A DNA stretch of 64,000 bases from Candidatus Latescibacterota bacterium (GTDB taxonomy: Bacteria > Latescibacterota > UBA2968 > UBA8231), in NCBI GenBank assembly GCA_965242865.1, contig CBDETK010000013.1, positions 4,768,001 to 4,832,000 of the forward strand. The letters are read 5' to 3'. The translations under genes and the position numbers were made by a program. Under the pieces are notes generated by a model. That model searched no databases. It was not told the DNA's origin and saw only the letters and a program-made list of their open reading frames with translations. The number at the start of each line of letters is the position of its first letter. Within the stretch, counting starts at the first letter, position 1. Of this stretch, positions 61,111-64,000 are shown piece by piece.

Positions 61111-61378
61111 ATGAGCACACCGACGATAGACCCAGATCGCGACCTTGAAGCAGATCGCCCGCTGCTTGGATGGGCTTGAAAGGCGGGTCGAGGCCCTTGA
61201 ACAAACCATGGCGACCGGATTTGCCGAACTGCGGCAAACCATCGCCTCGACCAATGAAGCCACCAACAACCGCATCGAGGCCACCAACAGCCGCATGGAC
61301 AAACAGTTTCGCTGGCTCATCGGCATTCAGTTTGGCATCATCGGTTTGCTTGTGACCATCCTCTTGAAAGGCGGCTGA
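61111..61378 (+). CDS. Small coiled-coil protein with C-terminal TM (start uncertain)
   Basis: Heptad-rich region then FRWLIGIQFGIIGLLVTILL. Confidence 0.55.
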
Positions 61379-61523
61379 ACTATCGCTGCACCGGCCCAAC
61401 ATGGAATCGAGCGAAAGACCGCGAGCGGAACGTCGCCTAAAGACGAGATTATGAAAGATATCAACCGGAGCGACACATATTACACGTCGTCGCTCTTGAA
61501 GATCTAAGCCCTAGGATAGCAAG

Positions 61524-61916
61524 ATGGAGTCAAGCCCCCCTTACTTACTACACTCGGTCAGCGTCGTTACGGACGTTTACTCTATTGTAAGCGAAGCCAA
61601 GAAGCGCATATTGCATTTAGAAGAAGATTGGGACGCCGAAGGATGGCCGGCATACGAAGAAAAGACATTGGACGATGCTGCCGCATTTCTCTATAGGTTA
61701 GATCCTATGGAAGCGAAAAAGGTGCGAATCTTGCCAGCGAGTGGAGGCAGTATAGATCTGCACTGGAAGACGGAGGAGTTCGAGTTCTTGATCAATTTTA
61801 GTCCTGACGGCTCAGTTGACTACTACGGGGACGACTATAGCGGGAACTTAGTCCAAGGTGAAGCTCGTCCCAAGCCAGAGTTCATTGCCTGCTGGATGAA
61901 GTATACCAGTGAATAA
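61524..61916 (+). CDS. Hypothetical acidic protein
   Basis: Open ORF with LEEDWDAEG and PASGGSIDLHW; overlaps the next gene. Confidence 0.6.
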   Translation: MESSPPYLLHSVSVVTDVYSIVSEAKKRILHLEEDWDAEGWPAYEEKTLDDAAAFLYRLDPMEAKKVRILPASGGSIDLHWKTEEFEFLINFSPDGSVDYYGDDYSGNLVQGEARPKPEFIACWMKYTSE

Positions 61917-62283
61917 GTGGCCTGTAGAAGAAATACCGGATGGCGATGCGCTATACCATCGCGTCCACAGGAATGCGTTGCGCAAGATGCCTGCGGATAT
62001 GCCCAAAAACAAGGTGCCCCCCAATGCCTTCAGGATTGACGATGGGGATATGTCAGTTGATTGGTCGAGGTACGCAACCCCTCAAGAAGCTAAGAATCGA
62101 GCTAAAGTCCCTGCCAAAAATGGAATAGTTGAATTCACGGCTGGTGATGTGCGCGACGATGGCCATAGAGTAGTGCATTCCCCTTCCCGACATAATCAAG
62201 CCCATAGCTCTGTGCGCGGTGCTAAGGCTAGATTGCGGACTACCTTAAGTCGCGTCGCTCAATGGACGATAGAAATAACTTGA
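61909..62283 (+). CDS. Hypothetical basic protein
   Basis: Open ORF with LYHRV, MSVDW, NQAHS; coupled to the previous gene. Confidence 0.6.
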   Translation: MNKWPVEEIPDGDALYHRVHRNALRKMPADMPKNKVPPNAFRIDDGDMSVDWSRYATPQEAKNRAKVPAKNGIVEFTAGDVRDDGHRVVHSPSRHNQAHSSVRGAKARLRTTLSRVAQWTIEIT

Positions 62284-62313
62284 TAGCCATTGAGCTTCCC
62301 TAGCGGCCTTCCC

Positions 62314-62631
62314 TCACCCACCCGCGTCTAGCCCGCGAAAAAATTCAAACGTATAAATGCCGTGATCGTGTCCGTCGGCCCATTCGATGCGAAGGCCGTA
62401 GCGTCCGACGTAGCCAACCCCTCGCACTTCGGCCGTAGCCGACGCGGCCTCGGGCTGCAAAAGCGTCAACCCGCCCTCGGCTGCGTCGCGCAATTCCCGG
62501 CAGTGGGCGCAGGGACAGGCGCGCCGCAATCCCGCCAAGTCGTAGCGGCTCTCGCGGCCATTGCTCCACGCGATGACCAATTCACCGGCCCGGCCATCCA
62601 CGGCGATTTCGCGCGGCTTTGGCTTGTTCAA
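62314..62631 (-). CDS. DUF971 / GBBH-like N-terminal domain protein
   Basis: LRRACPCAHC, VGRYGL..WADGHDHGIY. Confidence 0.88.
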   Translation of the reverse strand: MNKPKPREIAVDGRAGELVIAWSNGRESRYDLAGLRRACPCAHCRELRDAAEGGLTLLQPEAASATAEVRGVGYVGRYGLRIEWADGHDHGIYTFEFFRGLDAGG

Positions 62632-63947
62632 CGCGGCACTCCCACCACTTTAGCACTCAGCTCGTAGGGCGCGGCCGCGGTAATTTCCACCTCCACGAAA
62701 GAACCCACCGGCGGCGTACCCTCGGCGATGACGACTTGGCCATCGATTTCCGGGGCGTCGCGCTCCATCCGCCCGTAGCACACCGCCCCCTCGCGTGCGT
62801 CAACCAAGACGACCTGCCGCGTGCCCACGAGCCGGTCGTTTTTCTCCGTGCCCACGCGCTCTTGCAGTTGCGTCAGGCGGCTGTAGCGCTCCTGCTTGAC
62901 CTCCTCGGCGACCGGGTCGCCCAGCGCGTGCGCGGTCGTGCCCTCTTCCGGCGAGTAGAGAAAGCCGGTTGCGTAGTCAAAGCGCGTCTCGGCCACGAAC
63001 TCCAGCAGGGCGGCAAAATCCGCTTCGGTCTCGCCGGGGAAGCCCACGATGAACGTCGAGCGCAGCCCGGCCCCCGGCAGCCGCGTCCGCAGGCGCGCCA
63101 GCAAATCGAGCGTCTTTTGGCGGGTCGTCGCTCGCTTCATGCGCTTGAGCACTGGGTCGGCAATGTGTTGCAGCGGCATGTCGATGTACCGGCACATTTT
63201 GTCGCAGGTGGCGTAGAAGTCGATCAGTTCTTCGGTCCAGAACGCTGGATAGGTGTACATCAGGCGCAGCCACGCAATGCCTTCCACTTCGGCGAGCGCG
63301 GTTAGGAGGCGCACGAGTTGCGGCCGGCCGTAGAGATCGGCTCCGTAGCGCACGGAATCCTGCGAGACCAAAACCAGCTCCCGCACGCCATTCGCGGCCA
63401 GCCGCTCGGCTTCGGCCACGAGTGCTTTGATTGGCTCGCTTGCGTGTCGCCCGCGAATGGCGGGGATGGCGCAAAAGGCGCATTGGTGATCGCAGCCATC
63501 GGATATGCGCAAGTACGCCCAGTGCTGGGGCGAGAGCAAAGCCCGCGGCAGATCGGTTTGGTAGCCGGACCGAGCCGTGCCCAGCGCGTCGTCCACGTGG
63601 CGGACGATGTCGGCCTCGTCGGCTATCGTCAGCAGCTTGTCGGCCTCCCACAGCTCCTGTGCTAGCTCTTCGCGGTAGCGCGTCGCCAAGCAGCCGGTGA
63701 CAATGACGCCTTTGCATTGGCCGGTTGCTTTGAGGCGATGGGCGTCCATAATTGCGGCGAGGGACTCTTCTTTGGCTGGCTCGATGAAGCCGCAGGTATT
63801 GACCACCACTACTTCGGCTTCTTCTGGGGCGTCGGTTAGCTGATAGGCGTGGCCTTGGAGGAGGCCGAGCATGCGCTCGGAATCGACCGCGTTTTTGGGG
63901 CAGCCTAGGCTGACGAGGTGAACTTTGTGGGGTTGGTTTTTGTTCAT
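62628..63947 (-). CDS. rimO: Ribosomal protein S12 methylthiotransferase RimO
   Basis: SLGCPKN.VDSE, NTCGFI, CDHQCAFC radical SAM motif, DAPEIDG TRAM domain. Confidence 0.95.
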   Translation of the reverse strand: MNKNQPHKVHLVSLGCPKNAVDSERMLGLLQGHAYQLTDAPEEAEVVVVNTCGFIEPAKEESLAAIMDAHRLKATGQCKGVIVTGCLATRYREELAQELWEADKLLTIADEADIVRHVDDALGTARSGYQTDLPRALLSPQHWAYLRISDGCDHQCAFCAIPAIRGRHASEPIKALVAEAERLAANGVRELVLVSQDSVRYGADLYGRPQLVRLLTALAEVEGIAWLRLMYTYPAFWTEELIDFYATCDKMCRYIDMPLQHIADPVLKRMKRATTRQKTLDLLARLRTRLPGAGLRSTFIVGFPGETEADFAALLEFVAETRFDYATGFLYSPEEGTTAHALGDPVAEEVKQERYSRLTQLQERVGTEKNDRLVGTRQVVLVDAREGAVCYGRMERDAPEIDGQVVIAEGTPPVGSFVEVEITAAAPYELSAKVVGVPR

Positions 63948-64000
63948 TATGGATTCGGTGTGGATGGCTAGTAGTCGCCGTAACGGCGCAACAACTTTGC

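Overview
GC-rich bacterial window, possibly from a Latescibacterota/Gemmatimonadota-like lineage (inferred only from 'TSVEQTSWGQVK' C-termini, FlgD-tail proteins and LRR/YWTD proteins). The first 33 kb is a defence island on the + strand: an AAA-ATPase/PD-(D/E)XK gene, a frameshifted cas6, a methyltransferase plus Bpu10I-family endonuclease, a type III-A module (cas10, csm2-5, CARF-HEPN-CARF), a type III-D module (HD-less cas10, RAMPs, csx19, APE2256-type CARF), cas1, cas2 and an array of 57 repeats by manual count (ATTTGAAGTGTTGACCCGATTTCTAGGGGATTGAAAC). The most unusual structure is at 2083-6275. There, six perfect-to-degenerate copies of the same CRISPR repeat delimit 0.4-1.4 kb, AT-rich, gene-bearing 'giant spacers' (Cas10 HD domain, unknown protein, DUF2971, membrane protein), and the block is bracketed by a 214-bp duplication of the AAA-gene 3' end and cas6 5' end, resembling an integron-like cassette array built on CRISPR repeats. 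Spacer 4 matches 51479-51518 at 38/40, antisense to a resident ORF. A 37-bp insert flanked by a 40-bp duplication at 50099-50215 has the geometry of an ectopic spacer integration. The remainder holds secreted proteins, a two-component system, a coxGSLM-like molybdenum hydroxylase cluster, two IS5 elements, gene remnants, a carbonic anhydrase, polysaccharide genes, sixA, PTS IIA, a BatA protein and rimO.
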